Below the pieces are notes generated by a model. That model worked only from the letters and a program-made list of their open reading frames with translations, ran no database searches and was not told where the DNA came from. The position numbers and the translations under genes were made by a program. A DNA stretch of 64,000 nt, taken from NCBI RefSeq assembly GCF_041956535.1, contig NW_027192209.1, forward strand, positions 198,092 through 262,091, written 5' to 3'. Positions 26,921 to 40,892 of this stretch are shown one piece after another; positions within the stretch are counted from its first letter, which is position 1; the number at the start of each line of letters is the position of its first letter. This DNA comes from Calcarisporiella thermophila CBS 279.70 (lineage: Eukaryota > Fungi > Calcarisporiellomycota).

Positions 26921-28220
26921 AAAGTCTTACTTTAGAAGGAAAGGAAAAGAGAGTGGTGGGGAGAGGATATGGGCCGGCTCTTATGTCTTTATTGTATTAT
27001 ATCGGTTACTTATTGAGGATCGGATTGTAACTGTGTACATCTTTATTATTTGTATTGGACATTTTTCTTGGACGCTTATTTTTATTTTTATTCCTATGGA
27101 CCAACCATCTTCAACCTCATCGTTTATACAATATACTATGGCATGTCTATTTTTATTTCAACCGAACCCTTTTCAGCTGGCGGCCCAAACTACATTACAT
27201 CACTGCCATGCAAAATGAATCCAATGGTAATTGGAAGGAGAAATTAAGCGTCGAAAAACATCCTATTTTCAGCGCAGACATGACCCCCCCCTTCGAGCTC
27301 TCCAGGATAAGAGGGTGGAAAGTAGGCCTGTTATGAGGATAAGAGGGATCAGAGGTTCGCAAACCATCGGCAGATCCGGGTCAATCCTTCAGCCATCATT
27401 TCAGCTCCCGAACCACGGAATTGGAACGTCTTCCCATGTCTCGCTTGGAAAGTTTGGCCTACACTTGAGGATGGAGGCCTCTTGCCTCTAGAGATGCGTC
27501 TTTCTGCCAAGATAATTTGCACGTGTTAAGAAGCTAGACATGGAACAACCTTTGCCAGAGGACACATCCTATCATTAAACCTCCACGCTACGGATAACCA
27601 AGGTGTGACGGATGAAGCGCTCATTTTTCCCTTAAATTTCTTCCCATACCTGAAGATAAATTTTCGGAAAGCCAGCAATGGAAGGGGGGGAGGGAAGTGC
27701 CTCTAAGGAGGGTTACGCCCTAAACATCATGGACCCGCTTCAGACGGTTAGCGCCATTCACAGTATGACAAGGGTCACCCCAGAGTGGAATTTAAGGCCC
27801 CCCTCTTCGGCGCAGCCTCCATCGCACGATCTCGCTATACGTCCGATTTCTTGAGATGCTTTCTTCTAGAGAATTCTAGGCAAGGCTTCCTTTTTTGAGC
27901 GAGCTGCTTTGCCATCCGCTTATTTAGAGCGATCCAACGCGCACTGGCGTAGACCCTTCTGAAATCGGCTCTTAATTCGACCAGGGAGTCCAAAAATCGG
28001 ACTCCGAGAATCGGGTATAAGCTCTCTGATCGCAAAACGAGCTTTTGGTATCTCTTCCTAAATAAGGGAAGGGACTTCATATGCACCTGCGCCTGATCAA
28101 CTAGGGGCCAAAAACTTATATAAAGGGAGGGTCTTTTTCCCGTAGTTTCGAGTCAACATCCAACACACAACTCATTTGTAACAACACATTTCACTTCTAC
28201 TATTCAACACTTGCAACAAC

Positions 28221-28478
28221 ATGGCTGACACTGGACGTAAAGGATTCATGGACCAAGCCAAGCAGGCACTCACCCCTGATCAAGAGAAAACCGCTTCCCA
28301 GCGTGCGTCCGAGCGCATCTCAGGTGCCGCCGATCGCGTGGCCGCCGCGGTGACGCCCGATGGACAGAAGTCGTATGGCCAGCAGATGGCCGACTCTACT
28401 CGCGGAGCGAGCGACAAGAGCTCTGGGCAGGAGTCCATGCTTGACAAGGCAAAGGACGCGCTTGGCCTCAACAAGTAG
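28221..28478 (+). CDS. HSP12: Heat shock protein 9/12 family
   Basis: MADTGRKGFMDQAKQALTPDQEKT...QKSYGQQMADS...LDKAKDALG. TATAAA at about 28119 and STRE-like AGGGG upstream. Confidence 0.93.
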   Translation: MADTGRKGFMDQAKQALTPDQEKTASQRASERISGAADRVAAAVTPDGQKSYGQQMADSTRGASDKSSGQESMLDKAKDALGLNK

Positions 28479-30076
28479 ACGGGGGAGAGAAAGAGTGTCG
28501 AAAGTGTGCCTATAACATACTCTATATGACGTCTAATATGTTTCTTTTCTTTTCACTGTAATAAAGCGCTTGTGAAATTGAAGTTGAATTCCTGTCATGA
28601 CCCTCTCAAATTTGTTGATCTTTAGACACAAAATCCAGGCTCTAAATGTCCGTCTCATCTCGTACATGAAAAAACAAGCTTGCAGCATAAATGGAGGATT
28701 TTCTAGTTCAATAGGTCTCTTGACGCTATCGCCGAATTGCAATGGAACGTGTGCATAACAATATTGATAGATGGTGGGGAAAGAGCTGCTGCCCTCAAAT
28801 GGGGTATAGATTAAAGTTGAAGGAGACTAGTCGCAACCTGTTTTAGGAAAGAGACAGCATAAGCATCTCAAATAACTCGGTGCACCAAATCATATGAAGC
28901 CAAGCTGATAAGAACGAGGGTGATTTCAAAAGCGGCACTTAATAGGCGTAGTAAAGATGACGTCTTAATAAAAGCAATGGAGTGACGTAGTAGGGGCCAA
29001 CGCGCTCTCAACGGCAGACACTAAATCTAAATCCCGAAAGAACTACATCATTATGCCGGCTGACAGCCATCAAAATTGGATAGGTCCGTCACTTCTTAAG
29101 CACGCCTCCCTTATCCCATGATCATGCTAGAGTATAGTAGAGTGATTGGTCGTAGGATGTGGTTATCGATATCGCCCGAAAATAGTGAAGGGTGAGGGGT
29201 TTTGGATAGGTCTGGATGCTCTGATTATATTCAGATTTTCGGCTACGTCAACACGCGTGGGATAGGTTCAACGCGTCATGCCCACCTGATGACCAGAGGT
29301 GGCCATTTTCGTTTAGCCCATCACCCTAGAACTATGGGTGCAAGTGAACACCATCGAAGCCGTGCAATCATTGCACCTGGGGGGCCCCGAATGCTGCCAA
29401 ATCCTGGGCCCATCATTTCGAGCGCTTTGCTCATATTTTTTCAGTTTCTTCACACCTATAGAAAGTGCCTATCAAAGGATGACGTTCTTTTATCTTTGTG
29501 CTATCCCAGAAAGGAAACTACCAACGGAGGCTGATTCGATATTTCTTATCCCTACTACGCACTTCGACCGGCGCGACGGAAACCTCTGCTCCTAGGAAGG
29601 AGGGGGAGAGAGTGCGTTTGCACAGGGGGTGCAAAAGGCTGGAGTAGGTTTGCGCCATTCCTGAGCTAGAGCTAGAGTTGACAGTTGAGGGAGTGTCTTT
29701 TCAACGCGAATCAAGTATTCTATGCCGGGTAAGCTCCGGGTTACACTCTTCTTATTGAGCGCGCTGGATTTGGATTGCAAATGGGGTAAACAAGTTGTAC
29801 TAACAACAAACCTTATGCTACGACGGAACCACCCACTGTGAAAACATAGCTATTCCACCTCGAAGAGCAGCCACACCCAACCCCCCCTTCCTTCTTCCTC
29901 ACCATCCCTAGGAGCGTCCTTGGCCATCATTTTTTCTGGAACAAAAAAAGCGAGAAGAATTCCAGCCTTTATCCATTCTTCTCCATCAGAAGAACTCAGA
30001 CTTTACTAGCCTCATCATCTCTCAGAAGCCAATCCTTCCATTCCCCTCATCTCACCGAGACATCAGGAGCATTAGC

Positions 30077-30295
30077 ATGTACGGATACTATTCTCCATAC
30101 GGGCATAGCTACTATAATCCTTACATGTATGGGGGCATGGGTTACGGCATGAGCGGCTACTACCAGCCGTATTTCAACCCTTACGGATACTACAACCCGT
30201 ACATGTATGGCTATGGCATGGGCGGGTATGGCATGGGCTACGGATACGGACGTTATTATCGACCGTCTCTTTTCAGAAGGCTGTTTGCATATTAG
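30077..30295 (+). CDS. 72-aa Tyr/Gly-rich low-complexity microprotein
   Basis: 24 Tyr and 16 Gly out of 72 aa. The peptide YYNPYMYG occurs twice with different synonymous codons, which indicates coding selection. Confidence 0.78.
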   Translation: MYGYYSPYGHSYYNPYMYGGMGYGMSGYYQPYFNPYGYYNPYMYGYGMGGYGMGYGYGRYYRPSLFRRLFAY

Positions 30296-30642
30296 TTGTT
30301 TATATCTCCGTCATTATGGGCACTTGTCTTTTTATTCTGATATGCACCCTCCTCAAGCTTCCTCGAGGAAAGTTTGGTATTGATATCCTCTTCGGATCCT
30401 GTAAACCTCGCTCCACCCAAATTTTCTTCTATCTATTTATCTATATCCTGTTTTCTCCTCTTTCTTTTCTGATTCTTTTGTTCGAAACAAACGCATAACA
30501 TGTAATATAGCAGCATGCTTGCTTCCAATCTTTTCTTGAAATCTGAGAAGTTCGGTTCATCCCGTGTTTGTATTGTCGTGGCTTAGCCTATGCAACCTCT
30601 TTTATGTCCAACACGGAAAATATTCTCTAAGAGGTATCCAAC

Positions 30643-31056
30643 ATGCCATCGTTAGATCACAATCTGTAGGTCCGAAAGTGATTTGGCCAAAAATCAGAAT
30701 GCTCAGTTTTTTTCCCTCTTTCTCTCTAGGACATTGAGGGTGCCATTTCCTACTGGTCGGGAAGCTACGATTGCCAAACAGGCGCTGGAGGTGGATCGCG
30801 AGCTACGAGCAGATCAGGTTAAGCGAACAATCCATGTGGACGGCTCCAAGCTTGTAGTGTATGTATTGTCGGATATACAGCGGTTTGTTTTTCCATTTCA
30901 GGTGTACTCATTTTTGTGATGATTGCATTTTTATTGTATCCGCACACCAGATCATTTGATTGTGACACGGTTAAAAATCTGCGAGTATCAGTGAACTCGT
31001 TCTTGGAGTTCCTCAAGTTGGTTGCACAGACCATGGATGAGTTCGCCGAGGAATAG
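30643..31056 (+). CDS. PCC1: KEOPS/EKC subunit Pcc1 (LAGE3 family)
   Basis: Three exons: MPSLDHNL|TLRVPFPTGREATIAKQALEVDRELR...|SFDCDTVKNLRVSVNSFLEFLKLVAQTMDEF. Confidence 0.92.
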
Positions 31057-31699
31057 CGATGTTCATCGTATTGCAGCGAGCTTTCCATGTTTATTTCTCT
31101 TAACCCCCTGTAAATAGACAATTTCTTCTTGGTCCAATAAACCCTCCTTATTTCAATCATATCCCGCTAGCTTAAGCAAGGAGTTAATAAATTGAACGAA
31201 AAGCTCAGATATATTAGCTATGAATGGAGATTGCCAGGGCGACCGTGCTATGCAAGAACAGGGATATCCTACTGACCCAATAAGCTAAGCTCTCAGGGGG
31301 GGGGGAGGGAGCGAAAGGAGTGAGGTGTTGGCCACTCGGAAGCCAGCAGAGTTTGTATTGTAAGTGGTGTACATGCAACATGTCGCCCTGCCAGTATCAA
31401 AAGCTAGCTCGAACGTACATATAGTTTGACTGCGGGCAGCTTGTCAAGCACAGATATCTTTTTGAGCAACAGACATGACTCTGCTAGTCTCGATTCAACT
31501 TTTTGGTGCCACAGCTCTACCATTAAACTTGGTTTCAGAATCTTTGCCACTCCTAAATTAATTTATGTCAAGGCCTACAGGAGAAAAAACTAGGTACTTG
31601 ATACCTTGCAATTTTTCGCGTTTCCTTTCACTATCTTTGCTCTATAATCTCGGTTGACCTTTTTTTTTGCGTTTCCCTGTGTGCCCTACTTTGTCTACT

Positions 31700-32859
31700 A
31701 TGCCTTCCTATCTTCCCAGTGCCGAAGCAACTCTGGTCCAGGATGCGTTTGCTGCTGAATATCCAAGAGTGTTGCAATCAGAGGTGTGAATTTGAAATTC
31801 TGCTGGTTTAGTACGAATGAGGCTGATAGCTCATTCGAATTGCTCCTAGAATGTCGAAATCCTTCGTGAGCATGTGACCAAGTTCTATATCGCTTGCATT
31901 GAAAGGGTAGAATATCCGCGTATTAGCTAGAGTTAGCTCTCGTTCCCCTAATTCTATATCTCTCTCATATCGCAGTCGACGGCCCTGCGGTCGGCCTTTG
32001 CGAAAATTGACTATCTGAACAAAGAGCTGTTTCAGCAACAAACTAGGGTCCAGGACCTGCACGATGAGAATGAGCAGATTCGAAATGAGATGAGGAGGTT
32101 TGCCCGAAAGAGCACCGACCTCGAAGAACGATTTGTCGGGTGGCAATCGAAGCTGATTGCACAGGCGGAGGAGGATCGGATCTTATTGCAGAAAGAACAC
32201 GCGGCAGAGATGGCGAAATTGGAGCGAAAGGTATTGCGCAGGATTGACTCTTCTCTTTCTAATGGATCTTATCCAACATATTACAATTTGCTTGGTAGGT
32301 TGCTGAACTGGAGGAGGCTCTTCGTGCGGAAAGGGAGGAAATTCGCGAGCTCAGATGCAGCCATGAGCAGCCACCGCAACCAGCGCCTCGAGCACCCCCA
32401 CGAGGAGGGCACTTTGGCCAGGAGGACAGGCTTCCTTCTCCCTCCGATGCCTCATTTTCCTCAGGCAAATCCTGGATTGATCTCCCCATTGAACCGCATG
32501 GAGAGGGTTTTGAGCAGCCGGTGCTGGACATGGTGGAAAAGCGGCTCTCACTGCAGGAGGGGCCCGAAGTGGATGAGGAGAGCGAGGACATCAAGGTACA
32601 TAGCCCCCTCCACTATTCTCCATTCTGCTAGCTGATGGATCCCGAGATAGCTTAAATACATGCGATTGAAGGCGGCCTTCAATGACTTGAAGGAAGAAAA
32701 CGGGACGCTTCATCAGCAGTTGATGTCGCTTGAAGAGGCCAACAGCTCTATGGTGTCGATCAAGCTGTGCTAAATTTACTGCCCATTTTCTTTATCTTCT
32801 CTCTATTAATGTGTGTGCCTTAGTCTCAATACACTGCCCTCGAGGCCAAGTGCTGGTAG
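31700..32859 (+). CDS. Hypothetical coiled-coil protein
   Basis: Six exons join in frame through GT-AG introns. Heptad-rich segments, ending EAKCW followed by TAG TAG. Confidence 0.65.
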
Positions 32860-34556
32860 TAGAGCACACTCAAATCCTTTCTTATTTTTTTCGTTGAATT
32901 GTGTAATTAAACCAGCTTTGGCTTTGGTCCATTTTGACCCCCCATATGGAATCGAAAAGGCCACGAGTAAGTTTGATGAGACTCGACTGTGAGAGGCTTG
33001 TGAGATGGATAAAGCTTCGAGTAGCTTAATGCTAATTCAAAGCAACCAGAATTCATAATGATTTAATTATGATTCAAACACGAGAACGTCTTGACAAAGT
33101 ATGACCACGGGAAAGTCTACTCAGACGGCTAGGTCCGCCTTGATAAGCGGTTCCAAAAAAGCACAGAAACCATCTTGGCTCTGGTGCTTAGCCGGATTTG
33201 ACGTATTTTGGAAGCCTTGCCGCTTCCAAGGCCAGAGGTGGCTTGCCGCTATTTTTGACGCATCCTGCCAGCCCCATTGAGCCGGAGGGGCAGCGGCGGT
33301 TGAGTGTATATATACAAGGCTAGGTAGTATTCACCTGACGGTCAACACGTGAGGAAGGAGCCAGCATGGGCCTCTAATGGTAAGAGGGTGAGACCTGCGG
33401 CATCTGAGATTAAAAGACAAATGCACGGCGACGTTGGCGGTGGACGGCCCATGGGCGGAGCGGACGCTAAAGGAAGGCGGCTGCTTGGCTCTAGAACGCG
33501 GACAAGCCAGCTCGGAACAAAAGCTCTGAATAAGAGCATTTCGGCGACGGTTGAACACGCGACGGTTTTTCGTGGGAACAAACTCTAATCGGAACACAAG
33601 GTAAACTCTCCCGGAAACTCCGCATGATGGTGCAAGTGCACCCACTATTCCGTTCCTCAGCTGGATCGGAGCGCGTCTGCTTCACAAAACCTCTCCACTG
33701 AGCGGCCGCGGTTACCGGATGGCGTCAATTTGATGCCAACCGCCACCCGCAGCAATCGAGCGCAGCCAGCGGCCGAGCGGGAGGCGCCATTCAAGCTCGG
33801 GCTGGCCGAGGCCTTAGGGCGAGCGCGGCTCATAGGATTCTTGATTTGCTTTGCTACCATTCTTCTTTCGTCGCCTGCGGATGCAATAGGAAATCCTGTG
33901 TCCGCCAGCCATGTGATATGCTCCCGATGGAACCCTCTATCGGCCACTCCGGCTGGAGTGTTCAACCCTCTTTCCGCCGGATGCTTCTTCTGAGCCAAGG
34001 CGTGGAAGGCCGCCGCGCAGCTACCGTGCCCTGCAGAGAGTCAGGGTGGAGTGGGCCGGCCTGCGGTGCAGCAAGAGGCGCGCGCCGGGGGGCGAGACAC
34101 AAGATGCGCTCGAGAGGATTCTTGTTTGGATCAAGGGAAGGCCCGAACGAAGGATCATAGGGATTCTAAATCCCGCCTGATTAGCGTGATTGCACATAGC
34201 GCAGGCCTCCAACCTTACTGGAGCGTGGGGGGGACAAGCCCATTCCACCGTAGCGAGCTTCCTTCCCCGCCAAGGTTTGACTAGCTCCAGAAATCAACTC
34301 GGCCCGGTCTCATTGGATGAGTCGGGAGGTCTTGAATGATGAAGGCTGCTTGGAATCGGACGCAAAATTTATTTGCCAGCATCACTGTGCATCACAATGA
34401 TAATCGCCTACAGCTTTATATAATAAATAACGGCCCTTTTTCATAGTCCTTTTGCGCTGCACCTGTTCTCCTCCTCTTCATCCTTATAGAATCGGGGATA
34501 AATTCATACTTTCGCTCTTTGATACATCACACAAAAATATATATATATAGCTATCT

Positions 34557-36922
34557 ATGACTGTCGAGAGAGAAGGGGATTATCACCCCGACAACAAAAA
34601 TGATAATCTCTCGGCCCCTCCCAATGAAAAACTCGAAACCTCTTCAACTGACACAGAGTATCGAAACGAAAAGGAGGCGGTCCCAGAATATACGGAGAAG
34701 GGCGCCGTCGCGGAATTCGTCGAAGTGTGGCAATTCTCCTGGCGCTCTTCCATAGTCGGCTCCCTGCTCGGCTGCGTTATTGCTGCCTCCAACATGTAAG
34801 TCATTTGGAATTGGCGATGGTAGATCAATGGGAAAATTGACCCCTTCTTCTCGGGAAAATAGGTATATGGGTTTGAAGACGGGTAGGCATAAATACTCAC
34901 CCTAGTTTTGAGTTGTTGATGCTGATGCTTGTCTATTAGGTTGGCTAATGTCGTCCTCCCTCTTTGGTGCTATCCTTTCCTTCGCCATATTAAAACCTCT
35001 CTCGCGGGTTCTCCCCTACTATCTGGGAGGCGGCCCATTCGGCGCCAAGGAAAACTGTTCCGCTCAAACCGCTGCCTCGGCCTCCGGCGGGTTGGCTGCA
35101 GGCTTTGTCGCAGCTATTCCCGCCATGTATCAACTTGGCCTCCTAGATGCCAATAATATTGGGAAGGATATGGCAAAAATGGCTCTTTGGACCATTGCTG
35201 CCGCGTTCTATGGTCTCTTTTTCGCGATCCCTCTTCGTAAGCACTTCGTCGTCAACCACGATTACGTATTTCCCACCCCACGTGCTGCAGCGATCACGAT
35301 CCAGTCTCTTCACGATTCCGTGACTGGGGAGAAGGAGGGGATTCGAGCTGCCATCCATCTCGGCGTTTGGTTCTTGATCTCGCTTTTTATTACCCTCATG
35401 GGGGTTTGGATTCCTGGCATCTTCAATAACCCGCACATTCTCTACTGGATTGGTCACGCTGCTGGGAACCAACAGATGATGGAGTCGGACGCGTTGTGGC
35501 ACTGGTAAATGGCGAGGGCAATCTATCTGTGGACACACTAAACTCCAATTAACACCTTGGTATCCTCTCTAGGTCCTTTGTATGGGATTTTGCCTTCTTC
35601 GGAGCTGGACTGATGACTCCTGGAGCCACCGTTTGGTCCTTCTTCATCGGAAACGTGTTGGCGTTTGGTATTACCGGTCCACTCATGTGGCGGGATGGCT
35701 CCATTGGGCAGCCCTATGGCTTTAAGGAGTTTGTTACGGTAAGTCCCTTGGCCTCCCCACTCCTCTCCCATGCCTCTTCATCGCCGCCTCATTCTGTATA
35801 CCTTCTTAGGCGCAATCCTTTTGGCTATGGCCTGGCATTTCGCTCATGGTTTTCAGCTCCTTTGCCGAACTTTTCGTTCACTACGACGTGCTATGGCAAG
35901 GTGTCAAAATTGGCTGCATCAACACGTGGAATGGAATTCGCCGTTTGGTGAACCGAGGTGGTAACTTCCAGATTGAACAGGACCCCAATGACCCCTTGCT
36001 CGAACACGAGCAAGTCCCAGCACTTTGGTGGATGGGCGGACTTCTCGCTTCCATCATCTTTACATGTGTCATTCTCGGCGTATTCTTCGGCATCCAAGTG
36101 TACCTTTCTCTCCTTGCCATCCTCCTCGCCTTCATCCTCTCGTTCATCGGGCTGCAGGCCTCAGCTCAAACCGACATTAATCCCCTCGGGTCTATCGGCA
36201 AGGTCACGCAGCTCATTTTTGCCTCCATTCCGCACCCGAGTGTTCAGGCTGCTCAGATGGTCAGCTTAACGACCGGCAACATCGCCTCCTCTGCTGCCTC
36301 ACAGAGTGTTGCCATGGTGAGCGATTTGAAGACCGGACATCTCCTGGGAGCCTCTCCTCGCTCGCAGTTCTATGCCCAACTGGTCGGCTCTATTTTTGCC
36401 ATTGGTATGGCCCTCGCCCTCTGGTACGTCTACGCCTCCGCTTATCCATGCATTGTGAAGCCGATGGACAAGTGTGAGTTCGACCTTGTTGCCGTCAAAA
36501 TCTGGGTGAATGTGACGAAGCTCCTCACGGAGGGGAAGGTGGATATTCCACGAGCGTCGATCATCACCACCATCGTGTTTGCCGTCTTTTCGGTTGTCTA
36601 CACCGTGGTGCGCGAGAAATGGATTCCGGAGAAGTATCACCCCTACATGCTCAACCTCAACGCACTAGGCATTGGTATGACCCAGTCTCATGGCGAGGTT
36701 GCGCTTGCGTTTGTCATTGGCTGGGCAACCACCACCGTTTGGCGACGATTGAGCCCTGAGTCTCACAGCAAGCTCATGTACAGTGTGGCCGCTGGATCCT
36801 TGGCCGGAATGGGTATTGGCAGTGTTATCCAGGCCCTGTTGAGGTTTGGCGATATTCCGAGCGTCAGCTCCATGGTTACCGCTGGGTGTATGTTGAACAG
36901 TGAGGGGGTGCCAGAGTGTTAA
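34557..36922 (+). CDS. OPT superfamily transporter, YSL-like clade (paralog 1)
   Basis: Five exons. YMGLKTGW, GPFGAKENCSAQTAA, FFAIPLRK, FPTPRAAA, QTDINPLG and DLKTGHLLGASPRSQFYAQ. Confidence 0.92.
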
Positions 36923-37935
36923 TAATCTGTAAAACGGCTCTCACATCTCGTAGTCTCCCTGAGGCAAGGCCTCCTTTCCTTATGACAACTATACTATTTA
37001 TTGTGTTCTGTTAGCCCTCGCGCCTTTTCTTTTTCTTCTTCAACTAATTGTACACTAGTAAAAATATATTAATGGTATAATATAAACAATACAAGCGGGA
37101 GATGCAACTCAATCATTTCTTCGAGCGCTGAATGCGTCGGTTTAAGACTTATATACTGGGGATTGGAGAGGATTAAAGTTATTCAGATAACAGACGTGGC
37201 ATCCTTTCACTCAACACGCGGATTGCTTAGAACCACAGTGTAGCCCTGCACGAACAAGCGAAGGAAGTTTAGCTGATCCTCCTTCCGAGTAGCACGCCGC
37301 TGCAACCGAAATTTCGACGACCTCCCCATAGGCTATTTTAAACTAGAAGCTTTCATGGCTTGCTTGTCTTGTTCCACGGGGGTCTTGAACCGAATGCACA
37401 CACGATGTGCCATCGGAAGCTAACACAAGCGGAGCCCGATTCCTTGGCCCTTGGGCACTGATCTAATTAGAAGAGTCCGGCACAAGCATCCCCCTCCTCT
37501 GGTCTAAATGGCGACACAGCTCCATGGTTCAGCAAATGGGAGCCCCTTTAGAGTTTCTCAAGCACTCTGCGTCTTGTGACCCTCAATTTCTTGTTTTTGA
37601 ATGCAAGCTAGACGCTGTTATGCCGCACTTAGAGTTTAACTTAATGAGAATGAGAAAACGTGCATGTGGAACGCACAGAAGGGTGAGAAGATATTCTCCC
37701 AGCGTTGCACCTTCTTGCTCTTATAAAAGTCTGGATCTCGCGCCTCTGTTTTCCTCGAACATCCTCCCCTCCGCCTCCCCGCCCCCTGCTCGATTAGCTG
37801 CTTCTGCTACTTCTCTCCAGTCCTGCTTCTGAACCCCGGTCTCAACCCTTCTCCTCCTCCCCGTATTGGACTTTTTCTGGCACTTCACTTTTCCTATTCA
37901 ATTGAAAGGGCTCCCCTCTCCCCCTCTCCCTCACA

Positions 37936-40518
37936 ATGTCTGCAGATAAGACAGAGGAGTTTACCTCTACTCATATTGAGAAAGTGGAGCATCCTTATGG
38001 TGATAAGGATGCCCCGAGCATAGCGAAGGAATTCACCGAGACGCTACAATTTACTTGGCGCTCGGCCATTGTTGGTTCGCTACTCGGGAGTGTCATTGCA
38101 TGTTCCAGTAAGTAGAATGGCTTGTTCATATGCTTGCCTCCTCGCTGACCTAATTTGGCTTGCTTCTCTTTTTAAATAGATATGTATTTGGGATTAAGTA
38201 TTGGTGAGTGTCACAAACCTTATTTGTTTCCATTTATGGTGCATCAGGGCTTGATTAACTAATCGATGTCGTGATCGCATATTTTCCCCATTCCATTCAA
38301 TTGCATTACAACATAGGCTGGAGCTTTGGGTAGGTTGGGCTGGGATGGCCCCCTCATTTTCGTCCTCAACCCCTTGGCTAATACCTTCATATATGCACAG
38401 TGCTTCTCTCTTCGGTGCCATCTTCTCGTTTGCGATTCTCAAGCCATTAACCCGAGTACTACCTTTAAATTTCGGAGGGGCCCCGTTCGGCCCTAAGGAG
38501 AATTGTACTGCGCAGACTGCTGCAACCGCTGCCGGTGGTCTCTCAGCCGGTTTCGTGTCCGCGATTCCTGCCATGTACAAGCTGAACTTGCTCCAAGCGG
38601 CTAACTTGGACAGGTGAATAAGTTGCATCGTTTCGACGGGGTCAATAAGTGATCTTAACCTATATTCATCATTTCAAAAGGGACATGGCCTCTTTTGCTC
38701 TATGGACCCTCTCCGCAGCCTTCTACGGTCTTTTCTTTGCAGTGCCCCTTCGCAAACAATTCGTCATCCACCAGGATCTCGTCTTCCCTACTCCCCGTGC
38801 TACCGCCATTACAATACAGTCTTTGCACCAGGGAGTCAGTGGCGAAAAGGAAGCCATGAAGAAGGCATACTGGCTTGGAGTCTGGTTCGTTCTCACCTGT
38901 GTTTGGACCATCTTGACCTATTTCATGCCCGGCATCCTCGATAATCCCCGCATCTTATACCATATTGGCCGTGCAGTTGGGAGCAAAAATCTCATCATGA
39001 TGGACGAGGATTGGGATTGGGCCTTCAAGTTCGAATGGTCTTTCTTTGGAGTGGGCTTGATGGTACCGTTTTCAGAGAAAATAAGATACTCAAACCTAAC
39101 ACTCAAGCCTTCATTCTAATCCGCTTCTTCCTTTATGCATCTAGTCTCCAGGTTCGACCGTTTTCAGTTTCCTGGTCGGTCAGATCATTTCCTTTGGTAT
39201 TGCCGGGCCTCTTATGTGGGGTGCGGGTATCATCCAGAAGCCCTTTGGCTTTAATGTCGTTACGGCTCAGTCGTGGTGGCTCTGGCCTGGTATTTCATTG
39301 ATGGTGTTTTCATCGTTCAGTGAGCTCTTCGTGAACTACAAAGTACTATGGCGTGCGGTTAAGATCGGTGGAATCCAACTGAAGGCCACCTTCACACGTC
39401 TGAGGAACCGCAATGTAAACCTTGAGTTCGAGCAGGACCCCAGCGATCCTCTGCTTCCCCATGAACAGGTCCCTCAGTTATGGTGGATCGGTGGCCTGGT
39501 TGCCTCCATCATCTTCACATGCATCATCATGGGAGTAAGTTTTTTTTTTGTTAAACAGATGAACCATCTTACTCATATTGCATCTACCCATTATTCATTT
39601 AGGTGTTCTTTGGAATGGCTGTCTACTTGTCACTTTTGGCTATCATCCTCTCTTTTGTGCTTTCATTTGTGGGTTTGCAGTCATCCGGTGAGACGGACAT
39701 TAATCCCGTCGGATCCATTGGTAAAGTTACACAGCTCGTGTTCGCAGCTATCCCTGGCAGCTCTATGCAAAATGCACAAATGGTCAACTTGATGGCCGGA
39801 AACATGGCAGGCAGTGCTGCCGCACAATCTGTCGACATGGTCGGTGACTTGAAAACCGGACACCTCATTGGCGCCTCTCCACGATCTCAGTTCTATGCCC
39901 AGATCATCGGCTCCGTGTTTGCTATTGGCATTGCTCTTGGGCTCTTCTATCTCTACGCCAAAGCCTACCCATGTATTCTCGCACCGAAGTCTTCCGAAGC
40001 CAAATGTGAGTTCAGTCTCTACGCCGCCAACGTGTGGGCGGCAGTGACCGAAGTGCTCACCGGAGGAACCAGGCCCCCTCAATCCAGTTTAATTCTTTCC
40101 ATTGTGTTCGCTGTACTTTCGGTCGTGTTTACCATCATCAAACACAAATGGATCCCACCAACATGGCACCCATACCTCCCCAATCTCAACGCTCTAGGCA
40201 TCGGTCTCAGCCAAAAGGGCCCATATGTCCCAATTGCGATGACCATTGGATGGGTCACCACCTACTTCTGGCGCAAGTATAGACCAGAGCAATGGGATAA
40301 ATATATGGTATTGTGTTTTATTGGATACCTTAGGCTGTCCACCACTATTGCTAATCTTTTTTTCTCTCTTTGGGGAACAGTACTCGGTTGCGGCGGGTTC
40401 ACTTGCCGGTATCGGTATTGGGTCCATTGTCAAGGCCTTCCTCAAGTTTGGCAATGTTCCAGGGGACCAAATAGGCATTGGCTGCTTATTAAATGACAAG
40501 GGAGAGTGGAGTTGTTAA
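37936..40518 (+). CDS. OPT superfamily transporter, YSL-like clade (paralog 2)
   Basis: Eight exons including a 13-nt micro-exon (38317-38329, GWSFG). PFGPKENCTAQTAA, GETDINPVG and DLKTGHLIGASPRSQFYAQ. Confidence 0.92.
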
Positions 40519-40892
40519 ATGGATTGAAGGTTGATACAGTTATTTATGTTTTTTTATGAACGCCCTGTGGGACTCTTACAAAATTGTATTGATATTAATT
40601 CGTGTTTTATTTATTTCGCTTTAATGCTGCTGACGCTAGTTTCTAAGTGATTCGTTATAATATATCTTTCAGCCTATCGACCTACAGTATTGATGGAGGT
40701 TCCTTGATGCAAAATCCCATCCTATGTTTTGGAAGTTTTTTTAGAAGTTTCCGTCAGAGTGATGAGGGGAGAAAGGGTGGCCAATATTTAATATTTGAAT
40801 ATTGATAATGAAATTATTTCAAAAATAGCAGTTTTCAAAAGTTAAAGAAGCGCCAGTGCTTCTGTGCCGTCACAGTTCCTGCCCTCGCCGTT

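Noticed and set aside
33300-34300. Cluster of short overlapping ORFs in GC-rich DNA upstream of OPT paralog 1
   Set aside because: No recognisable domain, consistent strand or splice pattern; treated as regulatory or intergenic.
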